From positions 3,042,543 to 3,106,542 of the forward strand of contig JBNZDD010013681.1 in assembly GCA_050575255.1 (NCBI GenBank): DNA of 64,000 nucleotides, in the 5' to 3' direction. This DNA is from Harriotta raleighana (lineage: Eukaryota). How positions within the stretch are numbered: the stretch's first letter is position 1; each line of letters opens with the position of its first letter. Positions 24,830 to 38,812 of the stretch are shown piece after piece. A program made the position numbers and the translations under genes. Below the pieces are notes generated by a model that did no database searches, was not told the origin of the DNA, and worked only from the letters and a program-made list of their open reading frames with translations.

Positions 24830-25276
24830 TAACACTTCTTGGAATGAGCTAGCTGCCTGTAATGCCAGATACATTGATAGCCTACGTGCTGCAGTTCAGA
24901 TTTTGTCAGCTTGCCAAAGTGGGATGTACCAAGTTGTAAGCATTAGGCATGAAATAGAAAATTCTTGAGCTTTAATTTTTTTGCAGTGTTTGCAGTGCTG
25001 TGTATTTGAGCTTTTGTGTGTGATTTTTATTTTATGGTCAATCTACTGAAGTTTGGAATTGATGCATAAAAATAAAGTGGTACTGAAACGCCACTGAATA
25101 TAGGAAATGAAACAGGAGTGGTCTGGTGACATTATCCTGATTGGATTGGCTGTGGAGTATGATGTAAGAGGTTACAGTGCAGCTCTTCATAGGTTTTAAA
25201 ATGAATTCCAAGACACCATTATAGAAAGACTGCATTTCTTCTTTTGACTGACCCCGAGCAGTGATACCTGGTTTTA
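24830..25276 (+). promoter_or_regulatory. Putative internal promoter/5'UTR of the p55-type isoform
   Basis: STAT/GAS site TTCTTGGAA (24836), ETS-IRF-like GGAAATGAAAC (25103), tandem inverted CCAAT ATTGGATTGG (25140-25149). Confidence 0.45.
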
Positions 25277-25382
25277 ATGTGCAAGACGGTTTGGAATATG
25301 GAAGAAGTAGAACTAGACTATTCTAGAACAGAAACTTACTCTGCTACAGATTTGATGTTTTACATAGAAATGGATCCACCAG
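25277..25382 (+). CDS. PIK3R1: Coding part of p55-alpha-type alternative first exon
   Basis: MCKTVWNMEEVELDYSRTETYSATDLMFYIEMDPP, then CAG|GTAATA phase-1 donor; resembles mammalian p55-alpha MYNTVWNMEDLDLEY...TDLMFYIEMDP. Confidence 0.95.
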
Positions 25383-27218
25383 GTAATACTGCAATAAAAC
25401 CCAAACCCTGGTTTTTGCTCTGTATATGTTGTGTGTGTGTGTGTGCGCAGACAGCTGTGGGCATTTGTTAATTGTAGCTGGTCAGAAAGTTGTCAAATGT
25501 ATTATATTTAGCTTTTGAGAATTGAGCTAAAAGCATTGATTGTTAAGGATATGTCATTTATTTTTCTCCTGTACCCTAGATAGAAATATTAAGAATTAAA
25601 AGAAACTGCTACAGAGCTAGGGCTTGTTCCGAGTTGGAGCTAGTAACCTCAAAGAAGACCAAATAATTCATTCTTAATGGAAATGTTGACTTCTTAAAGT
25701 CTGCAACAAAATTAAAAGTGTAATTTATAACTTGAGTATTAAAATGAATATTTCTGTAAATGATTTTCTTCATCACCACCTTGCTGCAAGGGCTACAGAA
25801 AGCTAGCAAGGTGGCAGCACAGGCTGTATTGTATGTAAGTGCATCATTCTGCTGAAATCTAGGCTACAAAGTTACTAAGGCTTCATATTATGAGTCAATT
25901 GGAATAGTATCACACTGGTTTTAACTGAAACCTTGTCTCAATGATAAATTTTGGTCATGTAGAACGCGTTAGTGAAGAACTAGTGAGGCAAGGTACAGAT
26001 TTGATTACCATTACCAGAAAGCTATCTTAAATTTGCATTTGCTCAGAAAGATTTAACAGAACAGGAAGATTTACCTAGATAGATTTTTTTCAATAATTAA
26101 GTTAAGACAAGATACTATTGCAGCAATATATTTTTCTAATTGATTTGATGACATGTTGCCTCAGTTTAAGTAAGACTCATCACCCATCTAAGATTTTTTA
26201 ATATTTGATATTTTTACTATATAGTTTGATTTTTTTTACACAATGCATGTTGTAAGGCCTTTAATAAGCAACTTTCTTCTACATTAAAAATACTATTCAA
26301 TTAGATTTTCTAGCAATCCCAGTGGTACAAATAAATACTGTTATGGAGTTAGCTATCATTAGAGACTATAGGACATTATCTTGTGATGCATATGAGACTT
26401 TTGTCCAAAGTGGTTTCTATAGAGCCGAAATAGGTGATGCAGTGGTTTTTGAAACCGGGCAAGTTTATTTTTCTTCAAAAGTATATGTTTTGACAATCTG
26501 TTGTTCACCACACATTATTATACAATTTAAATTAATAACCAGGAGAAGAAGAAGAATCTTTGCATTTGATAGGAGTATGCAAAGCGATTAACTGGTGCTC
26601 TATGCAACTGTAGTTACTTTCCAGTGCCCTTATTTAAAGTTTAGCTAATAAAACCTAAAGAGCAGGTCCCACTTTGCACTGTCTCTATGTTAATGACTAA
26701 CCTCTAAGACAGTTTAATGGCCACTGAAGATGAAAAAAAATGCAGTATTGTTTTTATTGGCTGTAGAATCTGTTTTGTATGCTCCATTTAAAGAGCTTTT
26801 TAGGCATGATTTTAGAATGGTAATTTAATCATAAAATGGTCATGTTTATAAAATGTTTGTGTTTGATCACAAATATCACTTATGAATTTTATCAAATATT
26901 TTTAAATAATATTTCAGAATTATCTTTGTAAATATAAACATGAGCGAAATGGCCTCTAAAGATTTCAAACTCTTTGGGAAATATTCAAATGGATGTTGAA
27001 CAGATTAGGTTTGAATGTCCTGTTTTCTCTGTGTTGATTTGCTGTGCTTGTATTTCATCTATGAAGAATTTTAATGTTTGATTTCATATTTTAAGAGATT
27101 TCACTTTAGAATTCTTAGAAATTTAAATCGTCTGTTTCTGTGTTTCAAAAGACCAAAACTCAAAGTTGACTCTCTTCTGGCCACTAGTCTTCAAATGATT
27201 TTTGTTCCTCATAGACAA

Positions 27219-27385
27219 AGATAATAATCATTGCATTTAATATAGCGCTTTTCACATCTTCTAGGCGCCTCAAAGTGCTTCAAAGAATATACTGTAAAGT
27301 GAATTGACTAAATATGTGGGCGAAATGCAGCAGCCAATTGCGTACTTTTTTAGGAATTATTATCAGGCATGTAAAATAAGGAAAC
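27219..27385 (-). mobile_element. tRNA-SINE 3' fragment
   Basis: Matches family tail and body with an internal deletion. Confidence 0.8.
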
Positions 27386-28513
27386 GTTAAAAGATATTTG
27401 AATAAGGTCATCTTTAATTTTCTCAAATGTTCTTGACTTTTTTTAATAAAAGAAAGGAATGAGAAGTCGGTGGCTAGATCTGAATTTTTATATTTTGATT
27501 GTACTTGAGCAATGTGGTGGATTGGCAGGACTTTAATTTCTTATTCTATTCAGTTAGTTTAAAATATTGCGGTATTGTACTCTGGCACATAGATGTGCAT
27601 TCAGACTAGCCCTTGGATCCCAACTCCATCCTGCGGTATCTAGAAATGACCACTTTGGGACGGATATGTGCACTGCAGATGTTTAGTGAAGTGATTGTTG
27701 ACAGCATTATTCACATTCTAAATGTGTGTCTATGTGGTGATGAATGCATTTACCTCTGGGAATGCAGTCTCTATATTTCCTCTTTAATATCTGGAGTATG
27801 TGAGTTGCTAGAAAGCAGAAACCTTCTCTAGGCCGATCAAATTAAAGTAAGGGCAGGGGATATGATCAACAGGAATGTAGATTTTATTTTCTCTGTCTTC
27901 TGTGCGAACCTATTCCTGAAAATGCAACACTTGACTGAAAGAGGCTAAGTCCAGTAACATATTGCTTGAATTTTCAAATAGTTTAATGCAACCAATCTAA
28001 ACTAGCTCTCCTCCAGCCACGACAGTTGGGAATCGAGCAGCATATGGTGTGCACTGTAGGCACAAAATGTTTCTCAGTGATGTGGTGTGAAATGGAATCT
28101 GATTGATCAAAGCCCATGGCCTAACTCAACTGTATTACTTTCTCCAAACTTGTTTTGGTTTCTTTACCAATTGTAACACATTTGAGCTGATTATGTGCTG
28201 AAATGTTTGACAGCAAATGGCGAGTGCACTGTACAAAGGCCTTCAGACAACACAAACTGTACTAGAGCCGCACTCCTGACACCGCTGGGAGGAAATGGTT
28301 TCAGGTGCAATGCAACCTGCACCTGCACAGTATAAGTAATTCATAAAGTTTCTAACTTCCCAATTGATGATGAAACTATACAAAACTCCCTTTGTAAAAG
28401 TATGTTTCAAAGATGGCTTAATACTGTATTTGGTGTATTAATGTGTGATAGGTCAGGAAGGGAGTTGTGCACTGAAAGGTTCGGCATTCTGAATTCTCTT
28501 TTTTTTAATGCAG

Positions 28514-28616
28514 CCTTGCCACCAAAACCGCCAAAAGCCACACCTGTAGTGAATAACGGAATAAACAGCAACATGTCTCTACAGGATGCTGAATGGTACT
28601 GGGGAGATATTTCAAG
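28514..28616 (+). CDS. PIK3R1: PIK3R1 common exon (exon 8 equivalent): proline-rich motif and start of nSH2
   Basis: tgcag|...|gtaagt; 103 bp; [35 protein letters not shown]. Confidence 0.97.
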
Positions 28617-30223
28617 GTAAGTCAATTTCATTTGGATTTAGAAGTCAAGATTGCAAGGGAGATTCAGGTGGCAAAGACCTTTTTTGTCCATTTGATCTTG
28701 TGAATTCAGGATACCCACCCTATTGTCTTCCTATTTCTGCATTGAGCTGTGTCATCAACCTTCCGTCTTGTTAACACATTCTTGCTGTTAATCTGTGTAA
28801 AGAAATGCCTGCTGTCCTAAACTTGTCCTTCATAACTGTGAACCTTTGCCCTTCTTTCCTGTTGCCTCTGGTATCTGAAGAGGTTTATTTTCTTTATCCC
28901 ATTAAGTTTTGTTTGGACAGCCCCTCTAAGAGCTGCTTTGAGATGGCTCATTTAAAATTTTAAGAGTTCTAATTGATCATTCTCCTAACACTAGGTATCA
29001 GCCTCATTGTTCTCATGTGGTCTGGCAATTTTATGCCACGGCAATCACAACTGCACAAAGTATTTCTAATGAATGCTATTTGCCATTATTAGTCCCAAGT
29101 GCATACCTTTTTTTATGTTCTTAGCTGCTTCCTCTTATTTTCTCGTCTCCTCATCTTGTGTCATCTGCAAATTTCACCTTGCGTTTGTGTGTAAGAGGAA
29201 GGTTATTCATCTGTTTTAGGAAGTGGAGTCCCATCACAGCCCTGTATCACACCACAAAATACATTGCAGTCATTCCACATTCGGTCTACCACCCCTCAAC
29301 TACCCTTTACTTTCTTTCTCTATCCAGTTACTGATCCATGTCTTTCTTCTTAATGTCCACTGGCGTTAATCAAGAAACAAGTCACTTGTTTAACTCCATG
29401 TTGTTTCTAATTTATTGCTACCTTTCCAGTTTAGAATAACTCCCTCAAAATGACCATCAAAGATTCACAAATCCCACCTCTTTTCCTTTATCTCTTTAAA
29501 TACCGTGGGGTATATTGTTCATCCGTCCTGGGAATTAATTACAATCCCTTGAGCCAATCTAGAGCATTTGTTTCAACAACAATAATAACAACAACAACAA
29601 CAAAATTACACTTGTATAGCACCTTTCAGATCAGGAGGACATCCCAATTCACTGATGTTTATATCCCAGAGATCATATGACATGTGTCAGATGTTGGCCA
29701 GCACATTGTGAGAACTCAATAACCCAACCTATGATGGCTGCTTGAAACTGTTCCCAATTTAAATGCCAAAATAAAAAAATCATTTATTTGAATAGTGTGA
29801 GTGAAGTCCTTGTGTGGTTATCAGTAAGGGCATAATTGAAGTATATTATTTAAATGAGAAAGGGAAATGTTTACCAAGTCAAGGTTATCTTTGATGAATA
29901 GGTTTCTTTCATGGTTATTGGAAACATGCTAAAGCAGAATAAGACTAATATACCCCTGGCAAAATCCTTACCTGTGTGGTTTATAGGTACTACACACACA
30001 GAAATTCTGTTGGCAAATAAACTTTCTTGAATTTATTCTTGATGGATTGGAGAAGATTTGATACCCAAATTAACCAATTCCTAAATTAGCAAATGTTTTT
30101 ATTTTGATGATATTTCCAATGGCTTCAGAATTGCTGCTAGATTATTTTAGCTAGAATTTCTTACCTGTATCTAGCTATGTACATTAGAGATCTGATCAGA
30201 ACAGTAGGCTAATTGAATTTTAA

Positions 30224-30648
<425 letters not shown>

Positions 30649-31349
30649 TAATTTGGGTAGAGTATGCTAGCATTGTACAACAACAAAATTACATTTGTAT
30701 AGCGCCTTTCATGTCAGAAGGATGTCTCAAGGCACTGGACAGACAATATATATTGTAAATATGAATCTATGCTACATTTGAATTAGTAACTAGCTCCTTC
30801 AGGTGAGGTAATATGCTTGTGTTGCATTAGGGAACTTGGAAAATCTAATTGCAGTTTCATGCTTCAAGAGTGAGTGCTATATAAAATGTATCAATCAATC
30901 AAAATCAAAATTACATTTATAGGGAGGGGTGACATTTACAGCCATCAGGGGGACGTCCCAGGGCGCTGAACAGTTAGGTAGGGACCAGAGCAGGGGGGGG
31001 GAGGGGTTGGAGTAGTGGGGAGGAGAGTAGGAAAATTTATTCACGTGTAATTTAGTTAACTGGTTCCTCCTCCCTTGCTCAGCATCCAACATAGGCTCTG
31101 GAAAGGGCTCCATCCAAGATGGCATCTTCGTGTGAAGGGCCTGTATAACATTTAATTGTTATCATTAGCACAGATTTAAAGGAGAACATTTATTAAACTA
31201 AGTAGTAACATTACATTAGTAGAAATAGAAGATAAAGTTTAACTAATGTTGAGGTTGTGATCTAATCTATTTAAAAATCACCGTTACAATCAATGTTCAT
31301 CTATATTTGTTGCACAAGGGTTTTCCTTCATATTGTCTCCTATTTTTGA

Positions 31350-31502
<153 letters not shown>

Positions 31503-31750
31503 TAGAAGACATTTCTGTTAGTACTGCATTGAGAATTCTGCAGACATAAGGGTATCTTTAATATAGATTTTAAGAGATTATTCATGATTGTCCTAATTTC
31601 AATGTATTGGGAACACTGTAATCAATAATTTAATTACTAATGGGAAAACAAGGTCGTGTTTTGTGTTTAACAACAACAAAATTAGACTTATTATTTCAGG
31701 CATTTTTGGGTGATGTTTGTACTAAAAATGTTATTTGCTTTTTAAATTAG

Positions 31751-31924
<174 letters not shown>

Positions 31925-32202
31925 TGAATTTAACAATGGTAGACACCTCAGGTCGTAGGAAAGGGGCATTACCTTGGTGACAAAGTGATAATGTTGATTT
32001 TTTTTATTTAAAGGATTCCACACATTTCTGTATTTAATTTTAATATATAGCATTTATTTTTAATTTTTAGTAAGTGTCTTGGAAGGATTATCTTTCTCTT
32101 TATTTTCCATTCACAGAAAGTTATCACACCTTTATTTTTGTTTACACCTTTGTTTCATTATTATTATTATAGTAGCATTATCTAGGATGCTGCCCTGCAT
32201 GA

Positions 32203-32463
<261 letters not shown>

Positions 32464-32659
32464 TAAGTAGAGTATTTACCACTTTTGAATCTGTAACTGC
32501 AATATTCTTCCCCAAAATAATTAAAATGCCTTAAAATGTAATGACTTGTAGAAGGTTGGAAACTCATTTTTGTAACAGTTAAATGCACAATTGTAAACTG
32601 AAACTAAATGTTCCAAAATTCTGCTTGGTCTTCCACTGTAACAGAATGGTTTTAAAACA

Positions 32660-32800
32660 TTACTTTAGGCTGGACATGAGGAACGGCTTATTCACCCACA
32701 GGGTGGTGGATGTCTGGAACAGACTCACGTGTAATACTGTTTGTTCAAATAGCATCCACTTGTTCAAAGAAATCCTTTGCAATTGTAAATTGAGAGCCTA
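32660..32800 (+). mobile_element. CR1 LINE fragment
   Basis: FRLDMRNGLFTHRVVDVWNRL motif of the CR1 ORF2 C-terminus. Confidence 0.7.
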
Positions 32801-33543
32801 AACTTCCATGTGACATCAACATCAGGGAGCAAGGTATAAGAGGGTATTGAGCAATGCTCTTATGTTAACGATAGCTCGGCACTCCTGTAAAGCTTGCTTT
32901 CAAGTGCTGGGGAGGATTTTTCCAGATATCCCATTATTTCCCTGAATAGGCCATTTCTGTTGCTTTTCATTTTGCCCATAAAATACACACTACACTATGA
33001 AGCGTTTTGAGTCATCTCAATGACCTGATAAGGACCTATTATCAAAGATAAGGATTATTAGATTCTTTCTGTATATTTGCCCCCCCCTAAGAGGATAAGA
33101 ATGAGTGGCCAGTACTATGAAATGTGTAGATGGAGAATCGGGAGAATTTTCCAAGGAGCAGACTTGATGCTCTTTCTTGCCTATGTATGTGTGGTCTTAA
33201 GGCTGTAACCATGAGATATGTGGGCGACTTGTTATTCTACCTAAAATTCTAGTTATGGCCAAATGACTTCTAGCTGGATTGCAGAATTAAATGCATCACA
33301 TGGTTAGGGGTGAGAATGCAAAAAGCAGGATGTTTAATTTCTTCCCTACCCCTCTCCCCATGTTAAATAAGCCCCCTTTGGCCAGCACAGAATCAGTTAG
33401 AATGTACAGGTACTTGACAAATGGGAAGTTTGCACCCTTGGGCTATCTTAGCCAAAGAGAGAAAGCATAGAGGTGAAAAATAGGTTTATGCTGTATTTTT
33501 TAAAAACAAGTTTGCTGCAATTTTTCATTTTTATTTTTTCAAG

Positions 33544-33618
33544 GTGGTTGACACAGAAAGGTGTTCGACAGAAGAAAATCAACGAGTGGTTGGGTATCAA
33601 GAATGAGAATGTTGAAGA
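33544..33618 (+). CDS. PIK3R1: PIK3R1 exon 14 equivalent
   Basis: ttcaag|...|gtaagt; 75 bp; [24 protein letters not shown]. Confidence 0.96.
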
Positions 33619-33704
33619 GTAAGTTTAATTATTTTAAAAACATATTAAGAAATAATACTGGAATATGTGTTGTTTTTACACTAAAGCATGTCCATTTCTT
33701 TTAG

Positions 33705-33875
33705 CCAATACTCCATGGTGGATGATGATGAAGACCTACCACATCAAGATGAACGAACATGGAATGTAGGGAATATTAACAGGAGTCAGGCAGAAAACCT
33801 GCTAAGAGGAAAGCGGGACGGAACATTCCTGGTTCGAGAGAGCAGCAAGCAGGGCTGTTATGCTTGTTCAGTGGT
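33705..33875 (+). CDS. PIK3R1: PIK3R1 exon 15 equivalent, cSH2 (FLVRES)
   Basis: ttttag|...|gtatgt; 171 bp; [22 protein letters not shown]...[20 protein letters not shown]. Confidence 0.97.
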
Positions 33876-34288
33876 GTATGTACATTTTTCTTCTTTATAC
33901 CAGTTATGCAGAATGTCATTACACCGATTCCTCATAACCATTTCTATGAATGCTTTTGCTTTCTAATTCTTTATCACCTTTTCTCCTAATAGTGGTGATT
34001 GGGGCTTGTCACAGTTGAGCCAAACTCTAGCCAAGCCCATTTCTTTTTTCAACAATCTTAATTTCTTGTCAGTAGCTTTCTATTAAATGCCTTATTCAAT
34101 TTTACTGTTTTAAAATTATTACCTGGCCTTTGCAGATAACACTGCCACTGTGGTATTAGTAATATATTTTCACTCTGAATGTTTTTCTAATCTGTTGAAA
34201 TTATGAACCACTGTGCTGCTCATTTTGATATCAGAGGTAATTAAGGCTAAACTCTAGTTAATTTGCTAACAATTTTTAATGGACTTAG

Positions 34289-34507
<219 letters not shown>

Positions 34508-36699
34508 ACACTGAACACTCTGGCTTTTGATTGCTGGACTACGATCTTCAAATCAGCTCCTACTTTGCTCTGATTCAGCTTGACTGCTGTTGAAGTGACA
34601 AACCGGTTTCATGTGCAATGCTGAATTGAGCTTTCTACCGATTTAACTGAGAGAGAACTATGTGGAGCTGTGAATGTAAATTCCTAAAGTGCTTTTAAGT
34701 AAGCACAAATGAATGGAGGACTACAAAATTATCTCCTTTTGGGGAAGTTGAGGCCTTTTTTATTGGTGCTTGTTTACATTCTTCAAGAAAATTTACCAGC
34801 TGGAGCTTCGGACACTGCAAACCCAGGGAGATATTAAAAGAATTTGAAGCAAGAATGTTGGAGGGAAACATTAGACATGAATTATCCAATGATGGTGTAT
34901 CTATTTTTTCCAGACTGGAGAATGGTTCAAATATAAATGACTTGTTTAAGAAACAAATAAGGACTTTGTGATGTGTAGCAAGCACTTTGGAAATCTATAC
35001 TGGTTTCAAGATGAGAAACCTAAAGGGAATATTTCTGGAGAGGGGGAGTGGAGGAGGAACAGAACGCTCAAAAACAAGTGCCAGATTTGTATAGTTCAGG
35101 CCTTTTATGCCTGCTTTATAAACTGTTAAAGACCTGAAAAAGATGACTTTAAAAAAAGTGGCACACAGTATAAAAAATCATTGTACATAATGTGTATAGG
35201 CTACGTTGATCTGGAAGAGTTGGATCAAGTAAAATGGTATCAATCCAACCATATCATATTTTGCATTTTTTGTTCCTATTTTAATGCAGAATGTTTTTCA
35301 GACATTGCTATGCAAGGCTATATATTGCATATTTTCAAGAGTACTCACAATATAAGCTTTTATTGTTGCCTATAAGTTTTGCCATATTATTGTAATGCTG
35401 TTCTGTTAGGTATTTTCAAAATACCTTGCCTATGAACGCAGCTTCTAAAGTTAATGAGAAACAGTTAATTCTGCATCATTTATTAACAGTTGGATTAGCT
35501 CACTTAGTTATGTCAACCAAGTAACTTTTTTTTTTAAAAAGCAACCAAAATGCTTCCCGTTACTGTCTCTCATGGTGCTTTTTTACCTGTCTCAAACATT
35601 TCCATAATGCCACCTTCTACTAATAGGCTAAAATTGCTTTGTATCTGATAGACACTAAAACGTCAACAACAACAAAAAAAAGTTATGTCAGGCCTTAACT
35701 TTTTCAGGAGTAAATTCTACTGTTTGTGAACTTCAGGCCTGGATTGGTTTAAACTGTACAAGAGTACCAAATGGCCTTGCATGTGTTAGTGGAAAACATC
35801 ATGTGTTGTTATCAGACTCGTAGTTCTTTAACATTCTGAGTTCATTGTACTATTGTAATTTACTGCATTGTTTCACACTAACAACAAAAAAAGGTGTCTT
35901 GTGATATAAGCAAAATCATGCACATTTTGCAGCTCCTGAATTAAAGCCAAAATATCTATATTTGTTATCTCATTAAGTTTGAACTGCTTGAGGCCGCTTC
36001 CTAACACAAGGTGGGAGAATGCCAGCCTCCCAAATAAGATGGGTATAGGTTCACATCTGAGGTCTGGCAGTGCTCAAGTACACCCAGCAATATGTATAAG
36101 TGAGTTTTGTAAGTATTCAGCTGGGGAGCAAGATGAGTATTGTTGTTTACTTTGTCTTCAAGGGAATAAAAATTGTAAAATAATTGGTTTACCACCTCCT
36201 GGAGGCTACAAGGGCAGCATTCACTGAGTCATAGAGCTGGGTCTTCCAAACCTTATCTGTCCTACTAAAGATGCCTGCATGAAAAGCAGGAACTTCTGTG
36301 GAAAATTTAGAGAGATGGAAGATAGAGAATGACAATTAACTGATTGATACCTTTTTTAGGTTAAATCTGGCTAACATATACATGGGTAAATAGAGCACGG
36401 TAAACTTTGAAGTATCATTTTTGAGAAAACTTTACAATATTGGTGTATTTCCTAACCAGTATTCAAAACTATGCAACTTCAGTTGTCTTCATTAGAGACC
36501 AAGTCTGAATCCTGCTAAAGGACAATCAAATGAAAATGTAATATTGTATTATTGGTTCTCCAGGACCGCTAAATACAGTATATGGACAGTTTACTAACAG
36601 GGTCTTCTATTGAGAGGAAGCTAAGAATCGTAGGGATTTATTCACCACTATTGTGGATTTTTCCTGCTTGTCCTCCTGGATCTCTGCCACATTTAACAC

Positions 36700-37410
36700 A
36701 GCCGTCCCCCTCCACCGCCTCTCTTCCCTCATCCACCTTAATGGGATCCCACTTAACCAATCACCTCCACTTCATCTCAGTAAATAGTTTACCCTCCTGA
36801 CCCTGCCCATTCACCTGCGGGGTACCCCAGGGCTCCAATCTTGCCCCTCTTTACCTCATCTTTATGCTTCCTCTTGTGGATGTCATCCGCGGGCATGGGA
36901 AAACTGCCAAATGTATGACACACAAATCTGTTTTGCCCTCTTCAGCATCGGACTCCAGGTCTGCCGATGTTCTATCAGCCTGTCTGGCAAACATCAGCAC
37001 CTGAATTGAGTGCAAACATCCTGCAGCCAATTGTAGACAAGACGGAAAACGTACTCTTTGGCTCCCGTCAACGTTTTCACTCCTGCGGAAGTTTCCTCGA
37101 TCTCCGCCATGTTACCTGCCTCTGACCATATGTAACCCCAAATGCAGTTAAAACCCTTGTACGCGTGTTTGTCACCTCCTGCCTGGATTACTCAAATGCA
37201 CTAGTTGCCAGACCCCCTAGCTCCATTATTCAAACAATCCAGCTCATTCAGAATTCACTCTCAATCTCTCCACCTGCCTCCCGCCAGAAAACCTTCCTTT
37301 TCAACCATGCTTACTGCCACCAACCCCCCACCGCCAGAGTCCGGCTCTGCCACTGTTAACACTCACACTCTACCCTCCGTGGAGGGCATTATTTAAGTGC
37401 AAGTTGTTTT
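36700..37410 (+). mobile_element. Degenerate L2 LINE fragment inside the inferred 3'UTR
   Basis: RT remnants CGVPQGS and FVTSCLDYSNAL; L2 tail at ~37375-37410. Confidence 0.8.
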
Positions 37411-38640
37411 CAGTTTTAAATAAGTATAATACACAAACGTCTTGTGGTCTGAAAAGTAAAGAATTTTAGGCTTTGTCACCAAGGTATGAGAAATGGTACT
37501 GTTCACTTAATTTAGCAATGCTATTTGAATTCACAGTATTGAGCTTTCCACTAAGTTTCAGCTAGAGTTGGGTTTAGAAGCTTTAGTATAATTTTCCTGT
37601 AGTGTGTACCACTAACCCTGTTGCTCTTTTTGCCATATATTTGTAACTTTCAGAATGTTTTATGCAGTTGGTAGTGTGAAACAATCTAGATGCAGAAAGC
37701 TGCAACACAGTAACCATGGTTCCACAAGCATGCATCATTATTTAAGCTCTCCCAAAGGTACCATGTGTAATGGGCTTTACAGATGTAGTTAAAAACTGTT
37801 AAGTGTTTTAGTGTCCAAACCGGTTATGCGCACAGATTTTCCCTCTGTATTGAAACTTGTTTGTTTCTGTCTGTATTTTGCCTTGCTGTTAGCTGTGTCT
37901 TGAAGAAGCTTTGCTCCTTTAAAAGTGTCATGCTTCTTTGTTTTAATGGTACTACTGTTGTGGTGCTTTGTGTGCTTTTTAAAAAAAAATGCATTGTGTG
38001 CTATTTTTGTTCAATGTGGCATCTCTGTGAAAGATCCGTTTTCATATGGAGATGTAGAACTTAGCAAGACTGATCTGAAAGGATGTTAATTTGTAATTAA
38101 TCATGAGCCATATCATTTCTTGAAGTAATAAATTGTAGTTGCAGAAATTATGCTGAAGTTGGGCGTTTTAAAGACCTCTTTCCTCCTACTCCTTTTCCCG
38201 TTCTTCTCAAATGCAACAAAATTCAGTTGTCCTTTAACAGTTTCACATTTTTATTTGGCAGGTTACTACTTTCCAAAATATGCTGGATGCAACTAAACAA
38301 ATTTGCCCTGCTGTATAAATGACCGATAGTCATTCATATTGTGTGATTTGTCACCGTGAGACTGCAGTTGCTGCCCAAAATGCTGCTATTTTTTTCAATC
38401 TTTAGAAATTTTGAGAACTCCACTTGTTGAATGATGTTTATAAAGTAGCCAGAATTGCTTTGTTTAAAAAGCCTATCGCTTACTTTGGTTTATTTTTAAA
38501 TATTGGGAAGGACAGGCTTGTCTGAAGGCAGCACCATTACTGTCAAGTACAACCTCATAAAACTCTATGCTTAAGCTTTAGGTTTGATAAAGTTGTATTG
38601 TTTCAAGTTGCTATAATTCATGTATTTGGCTATCGTAAGG

Positions 38641-38646
38641 AATAAA
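38641..38646 (+). terminator. Probable polyadenylation signal AATAAA
   Basis: AATAAA preceded by TGTA motifs and followed by T/GT-rich sequence. Confidence 0.65.
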
Positions 38647-38717
38647 GTTTTTTTGTTTGAAAAAAAATACTGTGTGGAATTTAGGAATAGGCTTGGATAT
38701 GAAGTACTGTAGTATAA

Positions 38718-38812
38718 AATAGAAGTCACTGAGAACTCTCAGCATGTCAGGCAACATCTATGGAGAAAGGAAAGTGAGTCAACGTTTTGGGTCCATGACC
38801 CTTCATTAGAAT
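38718..38812 (-). mobile_element. Penelope-like terminal fragment with mutated hammerhead core
   Basis: Homologous to 4345-4441; core reads CTAATGA...GGGTC-ATG-GACCC-AAAA. Confidence 0.65.

Larger units (their letters stand above)
34508..38665 (+). other. PIK3R1: PIK3R1 3'UTR (~4.1 kb, end inferred)
   Basis: AU-rich, repeat-poor sequence after the stop, with many miRNA seed matches, up to AATAAA at 38641; repeat density rises right after. Confidence 0.7.

Noticed and set aside
28295-28340. Possible p50-type exon just upstream of the common exon
   Set aside because: Donors at 28330 and 28336 are out of phase with the ATGs. The only in-phase option (MVS, CAG|GTGCAA) is a weak donor, and a far better p50 match exists at 23826.
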